Shown: positions 49,963 to 58,371 of the stretch, piece after piece | How the letters are laid out: each line of letters begins with the position of its first letter | Position numbering within the stretch: position 1 is the first letter of the stretch | Source of the DNA: Halothiobacillaceae bacterium | Lineage (GTDB): Bacteria; Pseudomonadota; Gammaproteobacteria; Halothiobacillales; Halothiobacillaceae | Direction of reading: 5' to 3' | Assembly: GCA_046541195.1 (NCBI GenBank) | Contig: JBKHDT010000007.1 | Span: 1,008-65,007 of the forward strand | DNA length: 64,000 bases | Program-made: the position numbers and the translations under genes | Notes under the pieces: generated by a model | Databases searched by the model: none | Told to the model about the DNA's origin: nothing | Seen by the model: the letters and a program-made list of their open reading frames with translations, nothing else

Positions 49963-50889
49963 ATGGAGCAAGATAGCAGAAACGGCGACGCGACAATCGC
50001 CCCGCCCGTCAGGCCGTATCGCGGCCGCTTCGCCCCCACGCCGAGCGGGCCGCTGCACCTCGGTTCGCTGGTCGCCGCGCTGGGCAGCTTTCTGGATGCC
50101 CGCGCGCACGGCGGAGCCTGGCTGCTGCGCATCGAGGATCTCGATCGTCCGCGCACGGTCCCCGGCGCCATCGAATCCATTCAGCGCACCTTGCGGGCAC
50201 ACGGCCTGGACTGGGATGAAGAGGTCGTCCTGCAGGCCGAGCGGCATCCGGCCCATGCGCTGGCGCTGGCGCGTCTTGAACAGGCCGGCCGGCTCTACCG
50301 CTGCCGCTGCCGCCGGCGCATGCTGGCCGGGCTGCCCCGGCACGGAGCCGCCGGCCCGGTCTATCCTGGCACCTGTCGGGGCAAAGACATCCCGGACGAC
50401 GAGCGTCATGCCCTGCGTTTCGTGGTCGGCCAGGAACCGCTGCTGCTCGACGACCGCCGACTGGGCAGAAGCCGGATTGCCCCGTCCAGCGAGCTGGGCG
50501 ACTTCATCGTGCGGCGCAGCGACGGGTTGTTCGCCTACCACCTCGCCACGGTGGTCGACGATCATGACGCCGGAGTGACCGACATCGTCCGGGGCGAAGA
50601 CCTGCACCCGGCCACCGCGGCGCAAAGGCGGCTCCAGGACGCGCTCGGCCTGCGGGTGCCCCGGTATCTGCACCTGCCGCTGGCCAGGGACGCAGAGGGG
50701 CGCAAGCTGTCCAAGCAGAACGGTGCCGAGGCGCTGGAGGACCAGCGGGTCGTGGAGAATCTTGAACGCGCGGCCGTCGTGCTCGGCTTGCCGGCACTGG
50801 GCACGGGCAGCGTGGCGGACCGGCTGTCCGCCTGGACCGGTGCCTGGGCTGATGCCTATGCGCCGCCGGGCGAGGAGCCCGCGAAGTGA
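49963..50889 (+). CDS. gluQ: tRNA glutamyl-Q(34) synthetase
   Basis: 308 aa. GRFAPTPSGPLHLGS (HIGH-type) and KLSKQ motifs. Zn-binding C.C...Y.G.C cluster. Truncated GluRS architecture lacking the anticodon-binding domain. Confidence 0.9.
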   Translation: MEQDSRNGDATIAPPVRPYRGRFAPTPSGPLHLGSLVAALGSFLDARAHGGAWLLRIEDLDRPRTVPGAIESIQRTLRAHGLDWDEEVVLQAERHPAHALALARLEQAGRLYRCRCRRRMLAGLPRHGAAGPVYPGTCRGKDIPDDERHALRFVVGQEPLLLDDRRLGRSRIAPSSELGDFIVRRSDGLFAYHLATVVDDHDAGVTDIVRGEDLHPATAAQRRLQDALGLRVPRYLHLPLARDAEGRKLSKQNGAEALEDQRVVENLERAAVVLGLPALGTGSVADRLSAWTGAWADAYAPPGEEPAK

Positions 50890-50899
50890 CCCGTCAGGT

Positions 50900-51742
50900 T
50901 CATGCGTGGCCGGGCGCCTCGGCGCAGAGCGTGGCATGCAAGGCGCTGGAGTCTTCTTCCGAGCGGCCCAGTTCCTGCGCGAGTTCGACGATGTGCTGCA
51001 ACCCGACCAGCTGGTGGGTGTCCAGGTGATGCCGGACGGCAGAACGGGTAAACGCCCGCAGGTCCAGCAGCAGCTCGGCAATGTCGGGGCCGCCGTCGCG
51101 GTCATGGCGGGCCGCCAGCATCCGGGGTGCCTGGCGGTCGAACTGCAGTGCATGGACGGGCGTGCAGGCAAGCAGCGCCAGGAACCGGTCCGGATCGACT
51201 CCCTCGCGTACCACCAGGCCCAGACTCATGGCCAGGGCGCCGGTCATGGTCGCGCCGAGCTGGGCAAGCGCCAGCCGGACCGTGGCCACCTGGCCCACCG
51301 GCCCCAGGTACTCGGGCCGGCCGAGCGCCGAGAGAATGCCAATCTCGCTGTGGTAGTCTTCCTCGCGCCCACCGACCAGCAGCCGTTCACCGGCGATCGT
51401 CTCCTGCAGGGCGACCTCCAGATACCGGCCACCGGCGGTGGTGACCTGGCCGGCAAGGGCACGGACCTCCTGAGGTGCGTGACGGCCGGCGTCGATCAGG
51501 TGGCGACCGGCGAGCAACCGCGTCACGGAGTCCTGTGTCAGCCAGTCCTCGGTCTCGCCGGCCAGCTCGGAGGCCAGCACGACCCGGCCGGCGGGTCGGA
51601 TCGCCTCCTCGATGGACCCGGGTGCCCCGGATGGCGCTTCGGCCCCGGCCGGAGCAAAGACAATCGGCTCGTGGCCGGCTGCACGCATCCGGTGGGCAAT
51701 GCGATCGGCAGTGCGACCGGTCCCGATCAGGGCGATGGTCAT
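50900..51742 (-). CDS. NAD(P)-binding beta-hydroxyacid/6-phosphogluconate dehydrogenase-like oxidoreductase
   Basis: Trimmed to MTIALIGTGRTADRIA..., with GAGAGGA upstream. N-terminal dinucleotide fold and an all-helical C-domain. The glycine motif is degenerate, so function is uncertain. Confidence 0.5.
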   Translation of the reverse strand: MTIALIGTGRTADRIAHRMRAAGHEPIVFAPAGAEAPSGAPGSIEEAIRPAGRVVLASELAGETEDWLTQDSVTRLLAGRHLIDAGRHAPQEVRALAGQVTTAGGRYLEVALQETIAGERLLVGGREEDYHSEIGILSALGRPEYLGPVGQVATVRLALAQLGATMTGALAMSLGLVVREGVDPDRFLALLACTPVHALQFDRQAPRMLAARHDRDGGPDIAELLLDLRAFTRSAVRHHLDTHQLVGLQHIVELAQELGRSEEDSSALHATLCAEAPGHA

Positions 51743-51845
51743 GAATGCGATCCTCTCGGCCTGCATGCAGGCCCGATGATTGAACGAGGCAGGCAAGGTT
51801 GCCCTGCCATCGAGCGTAGCAGACGCCTTCGGAGATGACACAACA

Positions 51846-53291
51846 ATGACAGACTGGAAGGCCTTCCTGAATCCGGGCCGGCGCCGGCCCAGCCAGGCAC
51901 CACCGCCGGCGCTGTTTCCCAGCGGCGAGACGCGCACCCAGATCGAGCGCGACTACGACCGGGTGCTCTTCTCGACGCCCGTTCGGCGGATGGCGGACAA
52001 GACCCAGGTCTTTCCGCTTGAGCGAAACGACATGGTCCGCACCCGGCTGACGCACTCGCACGAGGTCGCCAATCTCGCACGATCGGTGGGTATCGACCTG
52101 GCCTTCAACCACGGGCTCGGCGGGGAGCTCGACAGCGCCCGGCGCGACATTCCCGCGCTTTTGGCCACCATCGGGCTGGCGCACGACCTGGGCAACCCGC
52201 CATTCGGCCACCAGGGCGAGGACGCGATCGCACGCTGGTTTGCCACCCACCGGCAGGCGGTACTGGATTCGGAGCCGGCCCTGACCCCGGCGATGAAACA
52301 GGATTTCCTGCGCTTTGAAGGCAACGCCCAGACGTTGCGTCTGCTGACCAAGCTGCAGCTGATCAACGATGACTACGGCCTGAATCTGACCTTCGCAACC
52401 CTGGCGGCGCTGATGAAGTACCCGGTCGCCTCGGATCAGGTGAGCCGGACCAGCGTGAGCAGCCGCAAGCACGGCTACTTCCAGAGTGAGCGGCATATCG
52501 TGGAGGAGGTCCGCGAAGCCACCGGCCTTGCGCCGGGGCAGCGCCATCCCCTGACCTTCATCATGGAAGCCTGCGACGACATTGCCTACTCGGTGCTGGA
52601 CGCCGAGGACGCGGTCAAGAAGCGTCTGGTGTCCTTCTCCGACATCGTGGCCTTCCTGCGCCACGCGGCCCCGGACGACCCGATGGTGGACTCGGTCTGC
52701 AACCAGGCGAGCGCGGAGCACAAGCAGTATCGGCAGGAACAGCTTTCGCCCGCCGAGCTCAACGACATTTCCATGCAGACATTCCGGATCCGGGCGATCA
52801 GCGCGCTGATGCAGGCGGTGGCACAGACCTGGCTGCAGAACCGGGAGGCCATCGAGTCCGGCCGGTTCGACCGCGAACTGATCGCCAGCTCCCGGGCGGC
52901 AGCCCTGCTTGATGCGCTCAAGCAGTTCAACTGGCGCCACGCCTACCGCCACAAGAGCGTCCTGCGGGTCGAGCTGACCGGCTTTCAGGTCATCCACGGG
53001 CTGATGGATGCCTTCTGGTATGCCATCACCGACCGCGTCGACCCGGACAATCCCGGCTCGCCCAGGCGATCGCCGCTGTCGAGCTACATCTACGGGCTGA
53101 TTTCGGAAAACTACCGGCGGGTGTTCGAGTCGCCGGGCAACAACCTCCCTCTGCGCTACCGGGAAGCCCAGTTGCTGACCGACATGCTCGCCGGCATGAC
53201 CGACTCCTACGCGGTCAGCCTCTGGGAGGAGATACGCCGATTCCAGCCGGAATATCCCGTCCCGTCATCCCAGGAGGATCGGACAACATGA
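51846..53291 (+). CDS. dgt: Deoxyguanosinetriphosphate triphosphohydrolase (type 1 Dgt-like)
   Basis: About 481 aa. ERDYDRVLFSTPVRRMADKTQVFPLERNDMVRTRLTHSHEV, HDLGNPPFGH, FEGNAQTLR, IMEACDDIAYSVLDAEDA and MTDSYA blocks run parallel to E. coli Dgt. Confidence 0.9.
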   Translation: MTDWKAFLNPGRRRPSQAPPPALFPSGETRTQIERDYDRVLFSTPVRRMADKTQVFPLERNDMVRTRLTHSHEVANLARSVGIDLAFNHGLGGELDSARRDIPALLATIGLAHDLGNPPFGHQGEDAIARWFATHRQAVLDSEPALTPAMKQDFLRFEGNAQTLRLLTKLQLINDDYGLNLTFATLAALMKYPVASDQVSRTSVSSRKHGYFQSERHIVEEVREATGLAPGQRHPLTFIMEACDDIAYSVLDAEDAVKKRLVSFSDIVAFLRHAAPDDPMVDSVCNQASAEHKQYRQEQLSPAELNDISMQTFRIRAISALMQAVAQTWLQNREAIESGRFDRELIASSRAAALLDALKQFNWRHAYRHKSVLRVELTGFQVIHGLMDAFWYAITDRVDPDNPGSPRRSPLSSYIYGLISENYRRVFESPGNNLPLRYREAQLLTDMLAGMTDSYAVSLWEEIRRFQPEYPVPSSQEDRTT

Positions 53292-53899
53292 GCGAAGATC
53301 GCCCCGGTCAGAGCCATTTTTTTGCCTACATGTCCCGGATGAAATACATCCACCGCTGGGGGCTGATGCGCAACACGCGTGACGAGAACGTCCAGGAACA
53401 CAGCCTGCAGGTTGCCATGATCGCCCATGGACTGGCCGTCATCGGAAACCGCCTGTTCAACGAGCGCAATGATCCGGGGACCATCGTGCTGGTGGCGCTC
53501 TACCACGACGCCAGCGAAATCATCACCGGTGATCTGCCCACGCCAATCAAGTACTTCGACCCATCGATCACACACGCCTACAAGGCGCTGGAAAAACAGG
53601 CCGAGCGCAAGCTCAGCGGCCTGCTGCCCGAACCGCTGAGGGAAGACTTCGCCCGCGTGATGGAAACGCACCGGGTCGACCCGCAGATCCTGCGAATCGT
53701 CAAGGCGGCCGACTCGCTTGCCGGCTATCTCAAGTGTGTGGAAGAAGAATCCGCCGGCAACGGCGAATTTCGCCGGGCGCGGGAATACCTGGCCGGAAAG
53801 CTCGACGGGATGGAAGCCACCTTGCCGGCCGTGCGCTATTTTCGGGAACACTTCATCGAGAGCTTCTCGCTGACCCTCGACGACTTGAGCCACCAGTGA
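53288..53899 (+). CDS. yfbR: HD-domain 5'-deoxynucleotidase YfbR
   Basis: 203 aa. FFAYMSRMKYIHRWGLMRNTRDENVQEHSLQVAMIAH and LYHDASEIITGDLPTP match YfbR. ATGA overlap with the dgt stop. Confidence 0.88.
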   Translation: MSEDRPGQSHFFAYMSRMKYIHRWGLMRNTRDENVQEHSLQVAMIAHGLAVIGNRLFNERNDPGTIVLVALYHDASEIITGDLPTPIKYFDPSITHAYKALEKQAERKLSGLLPEPLREDFARVMETHRVDPQILRIVKAADSLAGYLKCVEEESAGNGEFRRAREYLAGKLDGMEATLPAVRYFREHFIESFSLTLDDLSHQ

Positions 53900-54026
53900 C
53901 GCACCGGCCCCCAGGCCTGGCGTCCGGCGCAGCAGCAGGAAGCGCCGATGCGGTCATCGCCTCCGGCGCGGGGTCCGGGTGTCCCGTCATGGTCAATCCG
54001 TAACCGGGCACAGGCCGGGCCCCAGG

Positions 54027-54065
54027 GCGAAACCGGCGGGCGAAACCGGCGGACGAAACTCCGCG
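54027..54065. repeat. Three tandem copies of a 13-nt unit (GCGAAACCGGCGG)
   Basis: GCGAAACCGGCGG / GCGAAACCGGCGG / ACGAAACTCCGCG, read directly in the convergent yfbR-tal intergenic region. The third copy is degenerate. Confidence 0.6.
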
Positions 54066-54114
54066 CCGGGTTCAGCCAGGACCGGGGCGGACCCACCATG
54101 CGCGGCCCCTGCGC

Positions 54115-54136
54115 AAAAGGCCCGCCGAAGCGGGCC
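54115..54136 (-). terminator. Rho-independent terminator of tal
   Basis: On the minus strand: GGCCCGC-TTCG-GCGGGCC followed by TTTTG, about 60 nt after the tal stop. Confidence 0.65.
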
Positions 54137-54196
54137 GGGACGATATCCACGCAGGTCATCACGCGCCGCGACGGCGCGCAGGTCCGGAGCGGGTCA

Positions 54197-55294
54197 TCAG
54201 GCCCGCCGGATTTCCTCGAGCAGGTCATCGAAGGACTTCTGGAAGCTGTCCACGCCCTCATCCTGAAGCTGCTCGCCGATCTGCCCGTCCATGTCGATCC
54301 CCAGCCGGTCCAGCGCGGCCCAGACCCGGTCGGACTCTTCCATGCCGGGCTTGAGGCTCGAATGGATCGTGCCGTGATCGGCAAAAGCCTCAAGGGTCTT
54401 GTTCGGCATGGTATTGATCGTTTCCGGTGCGATCAGGTTCTCGACGTAGAGCAGGTCGGAGTATTCGGGGTTCTTGGTGCCGGTGCTCGCCCAGAGCATG
54501 TACTGGCCGCGGGCGCCATGCTGGGCCATCGGCGCGAAGTCCTCGCCCTTGAAGGCCTCCTCGTAGATCCGGTACGCCTGCCGGGCCATGGCCACGGCCG
54601 CCTTGCCCCGCAGCGCCAGGGCCTCCTCGGTACCGATTTCCTCAAGCTTTTTGTCGACCAGCGTATCGACGCGGCTGAGGAACAGGCTGGCCACCGCGCG
54701 CACGCGGCTGACCGCGCCACCGGAGGCCTTCAAAGCCTCGAGGCCCCGCTTGTAGGCAGCGAAGGCTTCACGCACGTGGCGCAGGGAGAACATCAGGGTC
54801 ACGTTGACGCTGACACCGCGGCCGATCAGCTGCTCGAAGGCCTCAAGCCCCTCTTTGGTGCTGGGAATCTTGATCAGCAGGTTGGGCCGATCCGCCATCG
54901 CGCGCAGCCGCTCGGCCGCCGCCACGCTCGCCGTGGCGTTGTGCGCGATGCCCGGGGACTCCTCCCAGCTGACCCAGCCATCCTCGCCGTGGCTCTGGTC
55001 GTAGATGGGCCGAAGCATGTCACAGGCCTGGCGAATGTCCTCCAGCACCAAGTGCTCGTAGACCACCTCGATGTCGTCATACTCGCCCTTGAGGCGCCGG
55101 ATATCCGCCTTGTAGTCCTCGCTGCCTGCGATGGCCTTCTGGAAGATGGTTGGGTTGGACGTCACGCCACGAATGCCGTAGTCGCGCACGTAGGTGGCCA
55201 GTTTGCCGCCGTGCAGCAACTCGCGGGATAGGTTGTCCAGCCAAAGGCTCTGACCCTGGCTCTCGTAAAGCATGCTGAGCCCACCGTTTGCCAT
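54197..55294 (-). CDS. tal: Transaldolase (long form)
   Basis: Trimmed to MANGGLSMLYESQGQSLWLDNLSR, with AAGGAG upstream. Blocks GVTSNPTIF and IKIPST, the latter with the Schiff-base Lys. Confidence 0.9.
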   Translation of the reverse strand: MANGGLSMLYESQGQSLWLDNLSRELLHGGKLATYVRDYGIRGVTSNPTIFQKAIAGSEDYKADIRRLKGEYDDIEVVYEHLVLEDIRQACDMLRPIYDQSHGEDGWVSWEESPGIAHNATASVAAAERLRAMADRPNLLIKIPSTKEGLEAFEQLIGRGVSVNVTLMFSLRHVREAFAAYKRGLEALKASGGAVSRVRAVASLFLSRVDTLVDKKLEEIGTEEALALRGKAAVAMARQAYRIYEEAFKGEDFAPMAQHGARGQYMLWASTGTKNPEYSDLLYVENLIAPETINTMPNKTLEAFADHGTIHSSLKPGMEESDRVWAALDRLGIDMDGQIGEQLQDEGVDSFQKSFDDLLEEIRRA

Positions 55295-55521
55295 GACTTG
55301 CTCCTTCAGATTCTGGTGGTATTCGGGCGACGGAATGATCCGCCCTGTTTCACGCACAAGTGTCGTTGCCGCGCCCTGCAGGCGTCAGCAACATGATCGC
55401 CGACCCGCACCCGGGCGGATGGGGAAGGCGCACAGTGCCAGTATAGCCCGGATGGCCGCTCCCGGCCTGCATGCGGCAACGTCCTCGCCGAAACGCCCGA
55501 ACCGCCCGGGCGCGCCGGCAA

Positions 55522-56436
55522 TCACGGCCTGGCCTTTCTGGGGTCAAAAGGCAGCGAACTGCGCATTTCCTCGTAGAACTCGCGGGCTTCGGTGGTGTGC
55601 GCCGGCGGCGTGTGAATCTGGAGCCGGACATAAAAATCGCCTGGCGGCTCGCCCGGCAAGCCTCGCCCCCTGAGCCGCAGTCGCTTGCCGGACTGGGTCC
55701 CGGCCGGAACATTGACCTGCGCGATCCCTCCGCCGGGCAAATGCACGGGCACCTTGGACCCCAGGGCGGCCTCCCAGGGCGTGATCGGCAGGTCGTGGTG
55801 AATGTCGCGCCCTTCCAGGCTGTATCCATCACCGGAGACCGGCGTGACGGTCAGGAGCAGGTCTCCGGCCGATCCGCCGTGTCTGCCTGGCGCGCCCTGG
55901 CCGGCGAGGCGAATCTTCTTTCCCGGGCCGATACCGGCGGGCAGGTTCACCATCAACTGACGTGCGCTGCCGTCCGCGTCGCGGACCACGCAGGGTCGCT
56001 TGCCCCCGATCGCCAGGTCGGCCACGGTCACTTCCAGCGTACCGCTGCGGTCGGCGCCACGAACCGCGGCGGGGCGCTCTTTCCAGCCAAAGTCACGATC
56101 CCCGAAAAAGGCTCTGAAAAACTCCGAGAAGCCCCCCGGGGTCGAGTTGCGAAACTCCCTGGAAAACGCCTCGGCATCGAACCCGCCCGGGGCCGGGCCG
56201 CCGACCTCGTCCCCGGCGCGGTAGCCCCGGCCGAGCGCATCGTAGCGCGCACGCTTCTCGGGATCACCCAGTACCTCGTAGGCCTCCTTCGCGTCCTTGA
56301 AACGGGCTTCAGCCATCGAGGACGGGTTGCGGTCAGGGTGGTACTTCTGCGCCAGTCGACGGTAGGCGCGCTTGACCTCGTCGCGGGATGCGTTGCGGTC
56401 CACGCCGAGCACCGCGTAGTAGTCCTTGAACTTCAA
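55522..56436 (-). CDS. cbpA: Curved-DNA-binding DnaJ-class co-chaperone CbpA
   Basis: 304 aa. J-domain DYYAVLGV...AYRRLAQKYHPDRN. No Zn-finger region. Two C-terminal beta-sandwich domains. The start codon is TTG with AGGTGA upstream. Confidence 0.85.
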   Translation of the reverse strand: MKFKDYYAVLGVDRNASRDEVKRAYRRLAQKYHPDRNPSSMAEARFKDAKEAYEVLGDPEKRARYDALGRGYRAGDEVGGPAPGGFDAEAFSREFRNSTPGGFSEFFRAFFGDRDFGWKERPAAVRGADRSGTLEVTVADLAIGGKRPCVVRDADGSARQLMVNLPAGIGPGKKIRLAGQGAPGRHGGSAGDLLLTVTPVSGDGYSLEGRDIHHDLPITPWEAALGSKVPVHLPGGGIAQVNVPAGTQSGKRLRLRGRGLPGEPPGDFYVRLQIHTPPAHTTEAREFYEEMRSSLPFDPRKARP

Positions 56437-56591
56437 TCGGCTGTCACCTGCACTTGAATCGAAAGCTTGAGTCGGAAGCGTGCGGCACGGCCGGTCAGAT
56501 CATCTTCGGTCCGCGCAGCCGCCCCCAAAGCATGCCACGGGTGACCGGCCGGTTGCACCCGCGCATGGCGCCGGCCGCCTCCGGGCCCATG

Positions 56592-56617
56592 AAAAAAGGT
56601 CCGGACGAGGCCGGACC
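56592..56617 (-). terminator. Rho-independent terminator of the hsp20 gene
   Basis: On the minus strand: GGTCCGG-CCTCGT-CCGGACC followed by TTTTTT, about 60 nt after the stop. Confidence 0.7.
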
Positions 56618-56676
56618 CATGGCAGACGCGGCGACCGGCGCAGCCGACATCCGCCGCGCCCACGTCTGGCAACGCG

Positions 56677-57123
56677 TCATTCGACGGCAATGCGCCTGGG
56701 CTGCCGAGCCTGGGTCTTGGGCAGGGTGAGCGTCAGCACGCCATGCTCGCACCGGGCGCCGATATGCTCCACGTCGACACCCTCGGGCAGGGTGAACCGA
56801 CGCAGAAAACGGCCGTGACTGCGCTCCACGCGCGTGTAGCCTTCCTGCGCGGACTTCATTTCGCTGTTGCGCTCGCCCTTGATTTCCAGAACACCATCCT
56901 CGGCGGTGATCTCGATGTGCTTGCCATCCACCCCCGGAATGTCCATGTGCAACAGGTACTGCGATTCCTCTTCCTTGATATCCACTGCCGGCGCCCAGTC
57001 CGCGCGCGGCTGGTCCATGGCCTGCTGGTTGTCGCCACCGGCAAGCCGCGGCTGAAACATGTTGTCCATTTCCTTGTAGAGCTGGTTGAGCATGCTCCAG
57101 GGTTCGTAGTGTTTCAGGGTCAT
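56677..57123 (-). CDS. ibpA: Small heat-shock protein (Hsp20/IbpA family)
   Basis: 148 aa from MTLKHYEPW..., with GGAGGTG upstream. Alpha-crystallin domain W.PAVDIKEE...YLLHMDIPGV...GVLTLTLPK. Confidence 0.9.
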   Translation of the reverse strand: MTLKHYEPWSMLNQLYKEMDNMFQPRLAGGDNQQAMDQPRADWAPAVDIKEEESQYLLHMDIPGVDGKHIEITAEDGVLEIKGERNSEMKSAQEGYTRVERSHGRFLRRFTLPEGVDVEHIGARCEHGVLTLTLPKTQARQPRRIAVE

Positions 57124-57190
57124 GAGACACCTCCATCGACAGCTGGTTTTCACTCGGCCGGAAAATACGGCACGCCCGGCCACCTGATGG

Positions 57191-57222
57191 AGATTTGGCG
57201 ACGCCATCGGCAAATTCAAGGG
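57191..57222 (-). promoter_or_regulatory. Candidate sigma-32 heat-shock promoter for hsp20
   Basis: The minus strand reads CCCTTGAA-N16-CCAAATCT. The consensus I recall is CCCTTGAA-N13-17-CCCCATnT. Lies about 70 nt upstream of the start codon. Confidence 0.4.
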
Positions 57223-57261
57223 ATATTTTCGATCCCAGGTCCGCGCAGGATCGACACGCAC

Positions 57262-57299
57262 AAAAAACCGCCCGGGACCGTGCCCCGGGCGGTTCTTTT
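57262..57299. terminator. Bidirectional intrinsic terminator (A6-stem-loop-TTCTTTT)
   Basis: AAAAAA-CCGCCCGGG-accgtgc-CCCGGGCGG-TTCTTTT: a 9-bp GC stem flanked by an A-run and a T-run. Terminates rpmJ on the minus strand and insulates the hsp20 promoter. Confidence 0.75.
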
Positions 57300-57353
57300 G
57301 CCAGCGTTCCCTTGTCGTGCGTTGCAAGGCCGGTTCAGACCCCGCGCGAACAC

Positions 57354-57479
57354 TCAGCGCTGGCGCGCCTTGAAACGCGGATTGGTCTTGTTGATCACAT
57401 AGACCTTGCCGCGCCGACGCACGATCTGGCAATCCTTGTGCCGCTTCTTCGCGGACTTCAGTGAAGACAGTATTTTCAT
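57354..57479 (-). CDS. rpmJ: 50S ribosomal protein L36, type B (Cys-poor, zinc-independent form)
   Basis: 41 aa: [41 protein letters not shown]. This matches the YkgO-type L36 pattern and has only one Cys. GAGGGTG SD upstream. The track ORF has a spurious 56-aa extension. Confidence 0.85.
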   Translation of the reverse strand: MKILSSLKSAKKRHKDCQIVRRRGKVYVINKTNPRFKARQR

Positions 57480-57527
57480 CACACCCTCAGTTGCCCCTTT
57501 CGGGACGGCAAAATCGTAAAGCGCGAC

Positions 57528-57557
57528 ATTATAAGCTGCCCCGGCCAGAAGAGACAA
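57528..57557 (-). promoter_or_regulatory. Near-consensus sigma-70 promoter for rpmJ
   Basis: The minus strand reads TTGTCT-N18-TATAAT, ending about 48 nt upstream of the rpmJ ATG. Confidence 0.45.
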
Positions 57558-57765
57558 GTGCCGATTGCTTCGCGCAGCGCGTCGCCCTCGGGCTCGGGAA
57601 CCCCGCCCGCGGCCTGCAAGTCCCGGAGCGCAAGACCGGTACGCCACTTGCCTGACGGGATTCGTCCCGCGTTCGCATACCGATTACAATCCCGTCTCTT
57701 GGACCGACCGGTCGCGATCACGCCGGCTGGCCACAACGACCCAGAACCCAGGAGCCTCCATCGAC

Positions 57766-58365
57766 ATGACCGACATCGTGCTCGCCACCGGCAACCCCGG
57801 CAAGATCCGGGAACTCGACCAGATGCTCGAAGGCACGGGGCTGCGGGTCCGTGCCCAGTCCCACTGGAATGTGCCGGAGGTCGACGAGACTGGCATGACC
57901 TTCGTGGAAAACGCCCTGCTCAAGGCCCGGAATGCCGCCGCCCACACCGGGCTGCCGGCCGTCGGCGACGACTCGGGCATCGAGGTGCGCGCACTCAACG
58001 ACGCCCCGGGCATCTACTCGGCGCGTTATGCCGGACCCGCCGCCACCGACGCGGACAACAACCGCAAGCTGCTCGAAGCCATGCGCAACGTCCCGGCCGA
58101 CCGCAGGCAGGCACGATTCGTTTGCGTGATGGTCTACCTGCGTCACGCCAAGGATGCGACCCCGATCATCGCGCAGGGCACCTTCGAAGGCGAGATCCTG
58201 CCCGAGCACGACGGGGCCGGCGGGTTCGGCTACGACCCGATCTTCCATGTGCCGGAATACAACTGCAGCGCGGCGCGGCTCTCCGAGTCGGTCAAGAACC
58301 GCATCAGTCATCGCGCCAGGGCCCTGCGCGCGCTGGTCGAGCAACTGCGCCAGGGCTGCGCCTGA
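57766..58365 (+). CDS. rdgB: dITP/XTP pyrophosphatase RdgB (Ham1 family)
   Basis: 199 aa from MTDIVLATGNPGKIRE, with AGGAG 11 nt upstream. Blocks DDSGIEV, GPGIYSARYAG and FGYDPIF. Confidence 0.92.
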   Translation: MTDIVLATGNPGKIRELDQMLEGTGLRVRAQSHWNVPEVDETGMTFVENALLKARNAAAHTGLPAVGDDSGIEVRALNDAPGIYSARYAGPAATDADNNRKLLEAMRNVPADRRQARFVCVMVYLRHAKDATPIIAQGTFEGEILPEHDGAGGFGYDPIFHVPEYNCSAARLSESVKNRISHRARALRALVEQLRQGCA

Positions 58366-58371
58366 GCAGCC

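Noticed and set aside
54027-54065. A CRISPR array or other spaced repeats anywhere in the window.
   Set aside because: The only tandem repeat seen is this 13-nt triplet with no spacers. No regularly spaced direct repeats of 24-48 nt and no cas genes were seen.
55306-55521. 71-aa ORF downstream of cbpA, as a possible cbpM.
   Set aside because: The sequence is Arg/Pro/Gly-rich with no MerR-like or CbpM-like helix pattern, and it is shorter than CbpM. It is probably a non-coding spacer.
57480-57560. Zur box upstream of the type-B L36 gene.
   Set aside because: Only a TTATAAT half-site is present, and it coincides with the -10 hexamer. There is no dyad resembling the GTTATA-N-TATAAC-type palindrome I recall for Zur. 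A PWM scan is still needed for certainty.
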